A DNA stretch of 52,038 nt from Paraphysomonas bandaiensis (GCA_965644295.1 CBFFRP010000256.1:1-52038); one strand, 5' to 3'. Shown: positions 27,837 through 40,706, counted from the stretch's first letter. Notes: generated from the sequence alone by a model not told the origin. Numbers and translations: made by a program.

Positions 27837-30213
27837 ATCCGTTCGTTGGGTACATGCATATCTAGATATCTTTATCACTACATAGTAGCTATACTATAGA
27901 AATAGATTGCGAGGCTTTGATGATACGATATACAGTATATCGCTCATAGATATGTGATTGTTGGATTGTATGGATATTTCTGTTGACAAAGCGGAAGTCT
28001 ATATTCATGAGTAAAGCTCTCCATCTGTGTATTGAAGGAAAGAGAAATAGAAGTTTAAATGCAATATTTCAGCATGCATATGTAGCATGACTTCTTAGTA
28101 CTTGCAAATGCAAGTATGTAAGCAAGGTGTCAATATTTCACTGCAATCAATATCGAATTCAGTGAACTATTTACAACTTCAGTTTTGATTGAGTTTTCTT
28201 CTCAACTACAGAAATGTAATACAAGACTCAGTGCTATCATGTTTCTGATTATTACTTCCTGATTGGATGACCTTCTTGATACCATTAGAGTGCATTTTCA
28301 TTTGAAGTCAACAAAGATATATTAAATGAGGTATGATATAGCACGAGAAATCCTATTATTAGTTACAGTACCGATAGCCATTGGCCGTTCTATAACTTGC
28401 ATTAATATCGTAATCTTGAGTCTAACAAAAGAGTGTTTTGCAATACTGCACTAGTTATCACGCCAGTATTGTGTGTTTTGCAGGCTATTCGTTCCGTGAG
28501 AAGTGGGTAATTTAAGTTATCGTTATTTCTAGAAGAGCTTTTGAGCCTTCCTACTGGACTTGAGAAAAGCGCCCTTATAGCGTCTATAAAATAGCAGAAT
28601 CTTAATAGAAATAGATGCCGGAGGGGTGTATTTGTAGAGTATTTATTCTCAATTATGTGCGTTGATAAATAATTTACTCTATTATTATTTTGCATGGTTG
28701 TTATGTAGTTATCCTTCAGCGATTATTACAGACTAATAGACCCTTCTATATATAACTATCTGAATTTTTTTGGTAAGGAAGGTAGCTAGAAGTACTTCGG
28801 TCTAGCTCTGTAATATTCTTAAGATTATTATGGCATAGCTGTGTACTACACATTTCAGTTGTAACATCATGGATTCCTAGAGCTGGATCAAGGATCAGTA
28901 GCTGGTGTAGCAAAAATGGGTGGTTTGTGGAGTCATAATAAGGTGTCGTCACTACAAGCATTTTAGAATTCTGATGAAGTAGCTGTGCCTCATTCTGAGT
29001 ATGAAGTATGTGATTCCATGGTCACTATATAACTCTTTGAGCGGTGGATTCCTTCTTGTGCTTCTATATGCTATATATCTATATATCTCTTTTCTGCTCT
29101 CTATCATTGTTAGACCTATTATATGCTCTACGTCTATAATTAAAATTTGCTAGGTTGGATTATTAATTACTTTGACACAAAACTACTGTGATTAGATAAT
29201 TCAATCAATTTGACTAAGTCGAATAATATTTTCTACACCTTGTGCTAAATAAACTAAACTCAAACCTCGTGAAGATTCTAGCAGTACTGTTTCGCTGTTT
29301 CGTGCCCTTTACAGCAAGTAAAACTAAGCGGCGCCATGGATGTGTTGTGTAAAGATGTACTACGCAAAGCACTTTGAACAATGATATGTGATGGCAGACA
29401 TATAGTTCATACTAGGCTTCTGTGCATACTGTCGGAGGAAGACATTTATAAGATGACAATTCAGACTGAAAAGTTTGCTGCGACCTTGTAAGGGACCTGC
29501 GTGCTGGAAACAAAACATTCAACCCGTAGTCTATTGTATATTAGAGTGTGCGGATAGATGGCTTTTCTAATTCTACTGGAACCTTTACTATGAATTACTT
29601 AGCACATATCTATCACGCAGATACACAATGGATGGAGTGCTCCATCTACATGACATGACATCAGTTGATTTGAAACACCTTCAAACTACACGATCGCTGT
29701 CACAATAAATAATATAGCCATCTATCTAGCGCATTGAAGCATGAAGGACATGTATAATGTATAGCTATGCAATGAATAACTTCAAGCATCTTAGTGTAAC
29801 GTAGATAAGGCACCATTAGACGAACTGTACCCTTGCGATAAATGAGTAGCCTCTCACTCTAATACTCTCGGTACAATAAATAGCGGCCGCAGATCTATTA
29901 CGAACTAGATAGAGACAAAGAGTGATTAAAGTCTTCTGGTCTTCATGTATGTGACACAGTGGTCAAAACAAATAGAATCTGAACTGCTACACAATTGATA
30001 GTATGCAACCAACACGTATAGTACATGGATCAACAAATAGATAGGGTTACGATAGGAGTAGACCTCTCGTATGATTAAAGACTTCATCAAGGGTGATGCA
30101 ACTGATTCATATGCGACAGTAGTAGGCCCCCAATGAATGTGTATGTATATATATACAGAGCATGCAGTATAGTAGTATACCCTAATTACATATAGCACAT
30201 TAAGAGTCAGCGA

Positions 30214-30282
30214 CTTCTCGATTTATGCGTCTTATCCTTGTCCTGATCATACTAATCCCCTCATATAAATATATGCTCAAAC
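30214..30282 (-). pseudogene. Decayed, internally deleted U6 snRNA copy
   Basis: Retains 5' GTTTGAGC, GATTAG.ATG, CAAGGAT and 3' ACGCATAAATCGAGAAG of the neighbouring U6; the ACAGAGA box and AGC triad are mutated. Confidence 0.7.
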
Positions 30283-30326
30283 ATTGTGTGAGATCTGGAG
30301 ATGTATGTATCCACCATATCTATAAC

Positions 30327-30466
30327 ATACTCTACAGGAGATTCCATAAGAAAATACTCTACAGGAGATTCCATAAGAAAATACTCTACAGGAGATTCCA
30401 TAAGAAAATACTCTGCAGGAGATTCCATAAGAAAATACTCTACAGGAAATTCCAAAAGAAAATACT
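30327..30466. repeat. 27-bp minisatellite, 5 copies (ATACTCTACAGGAGATTCCATAAGAAA)
   Basis: Head-to-tail units without spacers, just downstream of the U6 terminator. Confidence 0.95.
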
Positions 30467-30480
30467 GTCCCAAAATGAAA

Positions 30481-30534
30481 AAAAAACTTTGATACATCTT
30501 CTCGATTTATGCGTGTCATCCTTGCCCAGGGGCC

Positions 30535-30566
<32 letters not shown>

Positions 30567-30588
30567 ACTGATGAGCCGAAGCTCAAAC
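30481..30588 (-). ncRNA. U6: U6 spliceosomal snRNA
   Basis: GTTTGAGCTTCGGCTCATCAGTTAAAATTGGAACGATACAGAGAAGATTAGCATGGCCCCTGGGCAAGGATGACACGCATAAATCGAGAAG...T9; shows the 5' UUCG stem-loop, ACAGAGA box, AGC triad and Pol III terminator. Confidence 0.97.
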
Positions 30589-30609
30589 CGTGTTGAAGAG
30601 TTTTGAAAA

Positions 30610-30668
30610 TATAAATGTATTATTTTAGTGTGGGTTCGATTCCCACATTTTGCATCTAGGATTTTTTT
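30610..30668. promoter_or_regulatory. U6 upstream elements: TATA-like motif (30610-30619) and isolated B-box / tRNA T-arm (30628-30648, + strand) followed by T7
   Basis: GGTTCGATTCC lies within the hairpin GTGGG-TTCGATT-CCCAC. The motif TACATTTATA is also found upstream of tRNA-Ser (30861-30870). Confidence 0.55.
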
Positions 30669-30744
30669 GTTATCAGATATACTACTACAGTGAATACAAT
30701 AAAGAATACCACTACATAGCTGTGTGATAGGGAAAAAAAAAGTT

Positions 30745-30826
30745 CGACAGCTGCAGGGTTCGAACCTGCGCGGGAATTTCCCAATGGATTTCAAGTCCAT
30801 CTCCTTAACCACTCGGACAAACTGTC
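30745..30826 (-). tRNA. tRNA-Ser (anticodon UGA)
   Basis: 82 nt: acceptor GACAGTT/AGCTGTC, anticodon arm ATGGA-CTTGAAA-TCCAT, long variable arm GGGAAATTCCC, T-arm GCAGG-TTCGAAC-CCTGC, G discriminator, T9 terminator. Confidence 0.97.
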
Positions 30827-32359
30827 ACCACAACTGACAACTACGGAATTTATTTGAATATATAAATGTATATATTATAATGTAAGATATCATGGATATG
30901 ATACTGCTGTCACTATATGTACATACTGTACATACATACAGTATATGTATGACAGCTCCATTAGCTCTGGGAGATGGATATACGAAGCAGGTTCCTTATC
31001 TGCTGGGTTGACTCAGGCATTGACATGATGAAGATAATACAGGGAGCCTCTCTCTGTTAATCACCTGCATGTGTATATATAAGAGACGTCTAGCACTCCT
31101 CTTCTATATACACACACAGCACTTACATATACACACACAGACCACAGCCCAGATATACAGAGAGAGAGCCCACAGGCTTGATGTATATATAGTCCGATAT
31201 GTATACGTATTATATATATATGGTAACCCATACTTACCGTATATATATACATACTGTGGATACAAACAGCAGACACACAGTAATAACAGGTATCGAATGG
31301 CTAATATTGTGAGCAGCTGTTGTTCGTAGTTGGTGATATAGTGGCTTAAAAGCTGCTTTTAATGAGTTTCAGGTAGGTTATAATCGACGGTTCAGTACAC
31401 GCAGCGGGTATATCTTACATGTACTTTACGATCATAGATTTATGTCAATGTTGCACTTCAAGATCGATAGTCACTATTCTTCCTGTATCAGTACATGTAC
31501 GTTTAAGCTTCGTAACTATTCCTGTTATGAATCACCGTTTGAAATGTTTTGTAAGGTATATATATGCTACAATCTGGGTAACAACTTGCTGTACTATTAT
31601 GGTCGCAAGTTATGCTCGAACTTTATTAACGTGTTGTGCTATACACTACTTCAGAAAATGCATTACTTAACTAGATGGGTATGTTCAATGAAGTTACATG
31701 ATTATAATGTACAGTTGTATGCTCATAAGCACATAAAAGTGTTGGCAATTTCCTCTAGCCATTACTAGCAGTTATCAGTAATTCAGAAAGCATTAAAACG
31801 TAATATACACTTGCTATATAGTATATTATTATAATTGTAGTAAGTGTGCTCTGTAAAAAGAAATATTATAACTCTCATAATTGCAATTGGCTTAAATATT
31901 TTATAGCTAGTTGTACTATTCATTCGAGAGATATACATCGTATTAGTTAACAGTAAGAAACGACTTCACATGAATAAATAAAGCCAAATATCATAACAGC
32001 AAGATACGATGATTGCAAGAGGTATTAGAACCAATCACATGACATAATATATATCCTATACAGTCTCATACCGTATATTGCTTGATGATTATCCAGTCAA
32101 TTGCCATCTCATTTTAAGAATCTTGGTATATTGAGATGTATAATATATATATATATATGGTAAGAGGTATAGGTGAATTAGACATCAAAATACTCCCCAT
32201 CAATAAAATAATCGTTTAGGGTACTCGGGCATACAGACACGAGTATATCAATACAAAACAGTTCTACTGAGGGTAGAAACCATGATGTAATCATTGATGG
32301 TGAATTACACTAATCCTGACGTGTCAACATAAAATAAAATCGTGGGAAACTCTGTAAAT

Positions 32360-32535
32360 CATCCTGAAGTCAGCAGATATCAGATATATTAACGTTCTGC
32401 TAGCTCACTGCGTTTGCTTTGAGTGATCGAGCAAAAGTGGTTGCACCTTGGTGACGCACAAGCAGCTTTCGTAGAGCTAAATAGTAGGCTACATATCAGA
32501 GTTAAGCACTGACTCTTACATGCCTACTATTGCTG
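32360..32535 (+). mobile_element. 3' fragment of the SINE-like element
   Basis: Reverse-complement match to 38460-38640 and 8050-8235. Confidence 0.75.
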
Positions 32536-32549
32536 TGTGTGGGAAAGTC

Positions 32550-33612
32550 TGATTATTACATGAGAACGGTTGTGTACAGAAACTAGTTTATATCTATAGA
32601 CTAACTAATAACTGGATTTGCTATATACTACTAGCGGCGGGCAACAGTCTCGGGACTGCTTGTGCATCGCTGCGAGCACCATGGTGCAACCGTCCCTTGT
32701 ATTGAGGTTAGTCGGGGGTCTACCTTTGAGCAATGTGTCTGGCGGGCCTGTGCCATGGATTATGTGGGGGGTGGGTGAGGCGAGATGTATATGAGAGTGT
32801 AAGTCGGTGGTGGAGATGGTGCTGGTTGTTGAGGTGGGGTTTCGGCCACAAGTAAGGAGGAGTTGTTTCCGGAGTTGTTGCGCTTGCCTCTGTCGGGTCT
32901 GGACTCTTGCAGAGGGTGTAGTTCTTGGGATGGATGTCGCCTGGAGTAGCTGGAGTATTTTTGGTGTCGGGTGAGCATCATGGGACTGGCGTTGCTGTGA
33001 ATGTGTCGTGACCGGTGTCGCCGGTGCCGTGTCTGCGTTGTGGTGTCTGAGTCCCCTATTGCGAAGCATGCGGAGCCCTCCATCATATAGGGGGAGTAGG
33101 ATAGAGACGATGGATTTTTCGAGGGCGTGGAACTGATGTTCGAGCAGTGAGCTGGATATGTGGCGTCCGAATGCGTCGGCCAATTGTGTGGCAGTAATGT
33201 GGCCGGTCCAGTAGCGCTCAACCTGGGGGGTGGTTGGGTTCCATGCGGCTTTGGCTAGTTTGGTTATGGCGGTGTAAAACCAGAGATGGGGGAGCGTGCG
33301 TGTGCGAAGTTTGTCAACAAGCTTATTGTGGTGTGCTTGGTGGACATCTTCACGTATATGAATGATGTCAGGGTGAGTGCAGGTGAGAAGCATGTGCGCC
33401 ACGTTGTCTGTGAGGTGTGCACAATCTGTGCATGTGGAAGCCGTTGTGTGATCATGTCCGGATTTTCCTTTGGCTCGGTTTCTTCCCATATTGCGTAGGA
33501 TTAGTCCCATACGTATGCCGTCTCGCGTATTCGCTCTGCGAGGGAGATGTAGTGTTTGGAGGAGTTATGGGTACGGAGGGGATGAAGCTTGTGTGGGAGC
33601 CTTGTTCCGCTG
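32550..33612 (-). mobile_element. 5'-truncated non-LTR retrotransposon 3' end (second subfamily)
   Basis: GRNRAK...CTDC...HMLLTC...ERYWTG...KGRPP, homologous to 8521-9635. Confidence 0.75.
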
Positions 33613-33669
33613 CGGCTACTATTGCTAATAATAAGATATTCACTACTCTAAACCATTAAGTCATCCCTC

Positions 33670-34243
33670 TTGGTCCACATCACTGCTCTACAACTGGCCG
33701 ATGCATTCGGGCACAACATATCCACCTCACTGTTCGAACATCAGTTCCACACTCTCGGAACCCCCCTCACCTCTATTCTGCTTCCCTTCTATAACGGAGG
33801 AATCGCAACACTGCCACAACAACAGCAATACTGATCACGACTCCAGTACATTCACAGCGACACCAAACCCAGGATACTCACTCAACACCAATTCCGGAAA
33901 CAAATCCTCCTTGTCTTCAACCGCACCCCCACCACGTCGCACAGAAGCATTTCCGCCATCAATTTACACTCTCATATACACATCGCCCCATCCACCCCTC
34001 AACTAATCTGTGGCACAGGCCCGCCTGACACTTTCCCTAAGGTAGACCCCCCGATTAACCTCACTACAAGGGACGGTTGCACCATAGTAATCGCAGCGAT
34101 GCACAAGTAGTTCCGAAATGGTTAATCCATCACTAGTATAATATAGCAAACCAAGTTATTAGTAAGTCTATAAAAATAAATAATATACATAGATTCTAGT
34201 CACAACCATTCTCATCATAGTATATATAATATGTAATAATCAG
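33670..34243 (+). mobile_element. Inverted, deleted copy of the same LINE 3' end
   Basis: Matches the reverse complement of 32550-33205 (e.g. ggcacaggcccgcc, acaagggacggttgcaccat, gcagcgatgcacaag). Confidence 0.8.
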
Positions 34244-34479
34244 ATATATCTATATTATCTCTTTGTTGATATCTCTGCTATAATCAGTGAATCCTTCAAA
34301 ATGTAGAATGTGGTTGAAGTGAGGGGTTTAGTTAGCAGGATATGTTAGCTAACATTATTTCGTCGTGGAGTTGTAATCGACAAAAATAGAATGGAATGCG
34401 ATTTTTCTCGTGTGAAGTGGTATCGCACAGCAGTGCTGCAGCGCTTGTTTAGCTGCTTTGGAGGTAAGCAAAAATAGTA

Positions 34480-35165
34480 TCCCCGGGATGAGTTCACACC
34501 TGAATGACTCAAAATTCTAAAGTCAGCAGATGTCAGGTATATCAACATTCTGCTTTTGCACTGCGTTATTAGCTTTATTTATTTGATTGATAGCAACGAT
34601 TGTTGCATCTTAGTGCTTGAGGCGCGATGCACAAATTGTTCTCGTAGCGTATATTATTAAATTATAATATAGTAGTAGTATAATATTAATTAGCATAAGT
34701 ATTATTTCAATATAATAGTAGCTCCTTTCTTTTATATGATTGCTTATACACATCATCTACAGCTAATAATAATAACCCTAATATAGCCCATTCTGTAAAC
34801 AGCTGAATAATATCAACTCTATTCACCAACAAAACCTGGTAAAATCACTTTGCCAGGTTTGGGTATCACAACCACTTTATGAGGACTCTAGTCTTCCTAC
34901 TCGGAACCTCAAATCCTGATAATCATGTGAACTAAGCGGCTCCCTACTAACATAAAGGGCACCTTCCTGGTAAATTAATTAGTTGCACTTTTGGTGCTTC
35001 TTGCAGCCATGCACAAACAGCTTTAGTAGATTGGAGTATATAGTAAATAGTAGTAGAATATAACAGCTTCATGACATTATTGTCACACATACGTACATGT
35101 ATGTATGTTGTATTATTAGATTTTAGTATTTTGTTTTTGCTGAAACACGCCTACTGCTAATAATT
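34480..35165 (+). mobile_element. Degenerate SINE-like fragments (~34480-34650, ~34980-35030, ~35145-35165)
   Basis: aagtcagcagatgtcaggtatatcaacattctgc, gttgcac..ttggtgctt and cgcctactgctaataa match the family. Confidence 0.55.
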
Positions 35166-35544
35166 CTGTATCTGCAATTAGTTTTATTTGAAATTTATGT
35201 AAGGGGCTCACCTATAGTTCAGCCAGTGTTGGAGTAATACCGTTCAACAGAGGTCAATGAACTTCCTAACTGCTTTTTATAGTTGGGTGTTATTAATAAG
35301 TCGAGGTAATACGAAAACCTGGTGAAACTTTTGATGATGGTTGAAAAAGGGTATAACTATGCACAGTAAGTAACTATATGAAGATATATATATATTAAGA
35401 GTGTGAAAGTATTATTTATAATATTTTTTACTAATTTCTTCCATATTACTTCAGTTTTACAGCTATAAAAGTCACCGACTACACATATATATTACATTCA
35501 GTTCACAAGTATGAACTATAACCATATTGGTAGAGCTGTAAACA

Positions 35545-36602
35545 CCACTACTACACCATCACACTATACACCCATACACCATCTCACTATAATATACCAC
35601 TATATACCATCTCACTATATACCACTATACCATCTCACTATACATCCATATACCATCTCACTATATACCACTATACCAACTCACTATACACCCAGATACC
35701 ATCTCACTATATACCACTATACCATCTCACTACTATATACATCCATATACCATCTCACTATATACCACTATACCATCTCACTATATTATACATACCACCT
35801 CACCATACACCACTGTACCATCTCACTATACATCCATATATATACCATCTCACTATACACCCATATACCATCTCACTATACACACACCACTATACCATCT
35901 CACTATATACCACTATACCATCTCACCATACACCGATATACCATCTCACTATATACGACTATACCATCTCACTATACATCATCACAATACCACCTCACCA
36001 TAGACCACTATATATCATCTCACTATACACCCAGATACCATAATATCTCACTATACACCCAGATACCATCTCACTATATACCACTATACCATCTCACCAT
36101 ACACCGATATACCATCTCACTATACACACACCACTATACCATCTCACTATATACCACTATACCATCTCACCATACACCGATATACCATCTCACTATATAC
36201 GACTATACCATCTCACTATACATCATCACAATACCACCTCACCATAGACCACTATATATCATCTCACTATACACCCAGATACCATAATATCTCACTATAC
36301 ACCCATAATATACCATCTCACTATATACCACTATACCATCTCACCATACACCGATATACCATCTCACTATATACGACTATACCATCTCACTATACATCAT
36401 CACAATACCACCTCACCATAGACCACTATATATCATCTCACTATACACCCAGATACCATAATATCTCACTATACACCCATAATATACCATCTCACTACAT
36501 ACCACTATACACCCATAATATACCATCTCACTTTACACCCATATACCATCTCACTATACATCCATATTATACCACATCTCACTATTTTATAACACTATAC
36601 CA
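35545..36602. repeat. ~1.05-kb complex minisatellite built on TATACCATCTCAC, with higher-order blocks
   Basis: The core recurs dozens of times; a ~105-bp block recurs at ~35951, ~36196 and ~36370. Confidence 0.92.
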
Positions 36603-36616
36603 TCCGGAACGGGAAG

Positions 36617-36954
36617 AGTTGCAGCGGGAAGAAGAATGTCGTTAACATTCGTGGCGACATATCCAACGATGACCCGGAGAAAGAGATACCATGAAAGCGC
36701 ACGAGCAGGGTAAGTAATACTGTTCATAAAGATGGTGACGGAGTCGTAGTTTGTATATATGCGGTATTATTCTGATAATTGTTGTGCGTTGTTACTATAC
36801 ACTGTACTAACTGTGTATTATGATTAGGAGAAGTTCAACGGGAAGAAGAATGTCGTCGACATTCGTGGCGACATATCCAACGACAACCCGGAGGAAGAGA
36901 TCCATGAAAGCGCACGAGCAGGGTAAGTAATACTGTTCATAAAGATGGTGACGG
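36617..36954 (+). repeat. Duplicated ~125-bp exon-like unit (36617-36741, 36832-36954); possible gene remnant
   Basis: Both copies contain G|GTAAGT. The second follows TAG and reads EKFNGKKNVVDIRGDISNDNPEEEIHESARA; the first is frameshifted. Confidence 0.6.
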
Positions 36955-38435
36955 GGCCGTCGAATCCTAGCACAAAGCAGATCTGATACCTCCCACTGTT
37001 GCTGAACTTCGTCTGGAAATATATGATGCCCGGCCTAGCAAAACTTCGTGATCTTTTTATGAGAAGAAAAAATGATGATCCGCGACCTGCGGATGATCCT
37101 CCACCTGCTTATGATCCTCCACCTACTAGTAATGTGCCCCCAGCGGCTGTTGCCGCGTCGTCTCCGAGCATAGGTAATAATACTACAGTAAGTAGTAGTG
37201 GTGAAGATAGCTATATAATATGCGTATGCAATGTATTCAAAATCAGGCTATTCGATTAGAGCGTTTGCAGTCTCAAGAGAGGCAGATGTAGCTATATAAT
37301 ATGAGAATAATGTGATATTATTACAAAACACAAATAGCAGGGCCAACTTGTAACGCAATAAATACTGCAAATAACAACGTTACTATACTTGCGACTTTTT
37401 CTTTATCTTTAACCTCTCAGATACAATTACAGTAAAATAATAACTCAATACTACTTAGATATATATATACGAAACCTGGTAAAATCGCACATGAGTCATA
37501 CCTTGAGTCTCTTAGTCCAGTCGATCACCACACACTGATTGAACTGTGGGAGTTGCTTCCAATCTGAACTGCCATCCGCTACCACATATATCCAAGATTG
37601 ACATTCGTAAGATAATTTAATCAAATTAACTGAACAGAACGTATACTCAATATTATAATTTACTATTATTAAGTTGTGATAATATATATATTTCTCTTAT
37701 CGTTCATTGTTATTCACTAAAAATCCATATTCCAACTACTACCAATCAATGTATGTATATTATATGGCCTTAAATATAGTCACGACCTTATACAACAGTC
37801 AATATTTTTAGATTCACTAACATAATATATATATATAATATTATATACGTTTCATAATAATATTATTATATCACATTGTAATACTACTGTTTATAACTAC
37901 TGTATTCTTCAGTAGCGGCCATTCTTCAAATACCTTATAACACAGATTTTAATTTCTTACAAGCAAGAAAAAGTCATCTAAAATTACATTTTTCTGTGTG
38001 TATTGCCAATTCTAGAAACAGTTTCTCAGCCACGAATAGTCAGTTTTTCTATTGCCGCATTGAAATCTCTTAACTTTCTACTATCTATGTACTCCAACAT
38101 CACCCTGCAGTGTTTAGTTTTGCTGTTTGGGAGCAATTTCAAAAGCTGTAGTTCTAAGGTATTATTTGAATTGTGGCCGCTACTTACTTGAAGAATACGG
38201 TAGTGATTAACAGTGCTACATGAACTATTGAAATGATAGGAGTAATAGTAGTGACATTGAATACATTGACAGTACAAGATCTTGCAAGAGTGATTGGTAG
38301 TTGAGATAACATTAATTTGGTAAATGACAATATGAATGATTAGTTAGAGAGTGATCATAATATAATTAACGTACGGAGTGTAAAATATAACATTCAGGTA
38401 ATTAACTCATGTCAAAAATTGATATGCAGAATATA

Positions 38436-38920
38436 GTAGTAAATGTTTTATTATTAACAACAGTAGGCGTGTAAGAGTCAGTACTCAACTCTGATATATA
38501 TTATCCTACTATTTAGCGCTACAAAAGCTGCTTGTGCTTCACCGCAAGCACCAAGGTTCAACTACTTTGGCTCTATCGCTCAAAGCAAACGCAGTGAACA
38601 ATCAGAATGTTGATTTACCTGACACCTGCTGACTTAAGGATTTTTTTTGAGCTCTTAAGGTGGTAAACAACTCTGATGCTTGACTTCTTCAGGCAGCCCA
38701 ACAATACCCAGGATACACTTGAGGTGGGCCCATACCCGGGTCGTGTTTATTCGTCAAGGCCCAAAGACTTCTACACAAGCATTTGGCAATATGAGTGGAC
38801 AGAAGAATATCTACAGACTATATATGATATATGCGGCTCACATTAGTTTCCCGGAGAAATATCTCCGGTACTTATCCCCCAGAACACCACGAAAAGGTGA
38901 GAGTCCGACTTTGTTGAGAG
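38436..38920 (-). mobile_element. 485-bp SINE-like element with 12-bp target-site duplication
   Basis: Flanked by ATGCAGAATATA at 38424-38435 and 38921-38932; colinear with 8040-8520. Confidence 0.85.
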
Positions 38921-39426
38921 ATGCAGAATATATATTATACACACCACACACTACCTTAATACATACTAACACTGTAGATGTTACATATACGGAGAGTCCC
39001 AGAATATTCCAACCGTATATCCGATCTGAAAATCATATCTTCTGCTCTTGTTCCCAAGACCACTATCTATCTCTGATGTCATATTATTACTACCTTCTCC
39101 TTATTCTGGTACTATAAAGTATAAGGCTCAATAAATAATAAACCACCCATTTTTGCTACACTACAGTGAAACTCAAGACGTAACTACCATCTACTTGGGA
39201 ATAGTAGTTACGCCTGAACTGGTAGTGTGATACATAATGTTGCTGCTAGTGCAAATATAAATAACTGAAGGTACACAGCGTAGGAAGCATTATGGTTAAC
39301 AAATTGAACAAAAGCTTGTCTGATGCAATCACGGTGTTCTAAGTTTCAAGGTACATCGACAAACAACATATCCTTCGCAAATCTTTTTTAAAAAGTTTTG
39401 CATATCATTAACACGCTGTCAGCTTA

Positions 39427-40615
39427 TTACGCTTCTGATACTACCAATACAATCTTTCCGATGTTGCTGTTGGAAGCCATATGTCTGTGTGCATTTCGCA
39501 CCCCCTCCGTTGTCATCGGATACGATGAATCAACAAGTACCTGAAATTCTCCGCTGACTACCTTTGGCATGACTTCAGATTCAATGGCCTTAGCCAGCTC
39601 TTCCTTGTACGCCTTAGGTCTCGCTCGAAGCGTAGACCCAACAAGAGTGAGTCGCTTTGCCAGAATCTTTCCTAGGAACACAGGGTCCTCAATACCCTTT
39701 CCGCCCATCAGTCCGTACAGAACCCACCGACCATCGCGGTTAATGACGTCTAAATTTTCTGCGGCATATGTTGCTCCTACAGGATCAAGCACGACATCAA
39801 CACCAGATCCAGAGGAGTCCGCTTTCACCATTGCCGAGAATGCCGTATCGACCTTGACATTGTATGCGTGTGTTGCGCCCATTTTCAGGCAACAAGCGAC
39901 CTTATCATCAGACCGACAAGTAGCTATACACTGGGCTCCAGCAGCAGTGGCAAGCTGGATGGCTGCCTGCCCAACACCACTAGCAGCAGCATGAAGTAGC
40001 ACGCGTTCTCCTGTTAACTAAAATAAGTAACATTCTACGATATGCAGAGAGTGACAGGTATACTACGTACTAGTAAGCTACATACCTGATGAAACTCCGG
40101 CTACTTTGAATAGTAACTGATAAGCAGTCATCCACTGCTCAGGAATACTCGCAAGAGTTGTCATACTAATTCCATCAGGCACTGCCATAGTGGTGCATTC
40201 ATATGCAACGGCATACTCAGCATAACCCCCACCCTGAAGAAGTGCCATGCATCGATCACCGACTTTGAATCGATTAGTACAATTAGGACCAATTGAATGA
40301 ACATATCCTGACACCTACAAGTGGATAATATCAACAATTCCTTGCAATCAATTGCAATATACGTACATACCTCTACCCCTAATATCGGAGATGCACCTTC
40401 TGGCAATGGATACAATCCTGCATTACCAGTCAATACCACTTGCTATCATCTATGATATATATATACATACCTTTGCATTGTAGAAGATCCATACGGTTGA
40501 GTGCTGTACAACAGACTCTTATAAGGATCTCACCGTCTCCTGGTTCAGGAATATCAGTATCCCCGACATACATTGTATTCTCATCTCCTGGTTGATTCTG
40601 TAAGACTGCTTTCAT
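39427..40615 (-). CDS. NAD(P)H quinone oxidoreductase, PIG3/TP53I3 family (MDR superfamily), multi-exon
   Basis: MKAV..., ALNRMDLLQ, YPLPEGASPILGVE, GGGYAEY, LLHAAASGVGQAAIQL, GSTLRAR and NIGKIVL. An in-frame upstream ATG at 40699 could add a targeting peptide. Confidence 0.92.
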
Positions 40616-40706
40616 TTTATTTAATGATCGTTTTCCGAGAATGACACTGCTGTTGGTTGACATAAATAACACCGAGAAAATGACTGACAATACCTGCATA
40701 TAGCTA

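Noticed and set aside
27480-27899. MYVC/HTYI-repeat ORFs (also 40430-41129 and 43241-43775)
   Set aside because: Translations of the (TATG)n microsatellite. The 27654 tract lacks the Crypton-type inverted repeat at its edges.
30327-30466. CRISPR-like array
   Set aside because: Units are contiguous with no unique spacers, the context is eukaryotic, and there are no cas genes.
31330-31410. Possible tRNA-like sequence (TGGTGATATAGTGG...GGTTCAG)
   Set aside because: No cloverleaf and no proper B-box.
35511-36287. 258-aa His/Tyr/Thr-rich ORF
   Set aside because: Arises from a G-poor minisatellite that rarely forms stop codons; no coding evidence.
38003-38277. Short ORFs on both strands
   Set aside because: No recognisable motif or coherent splice structure.
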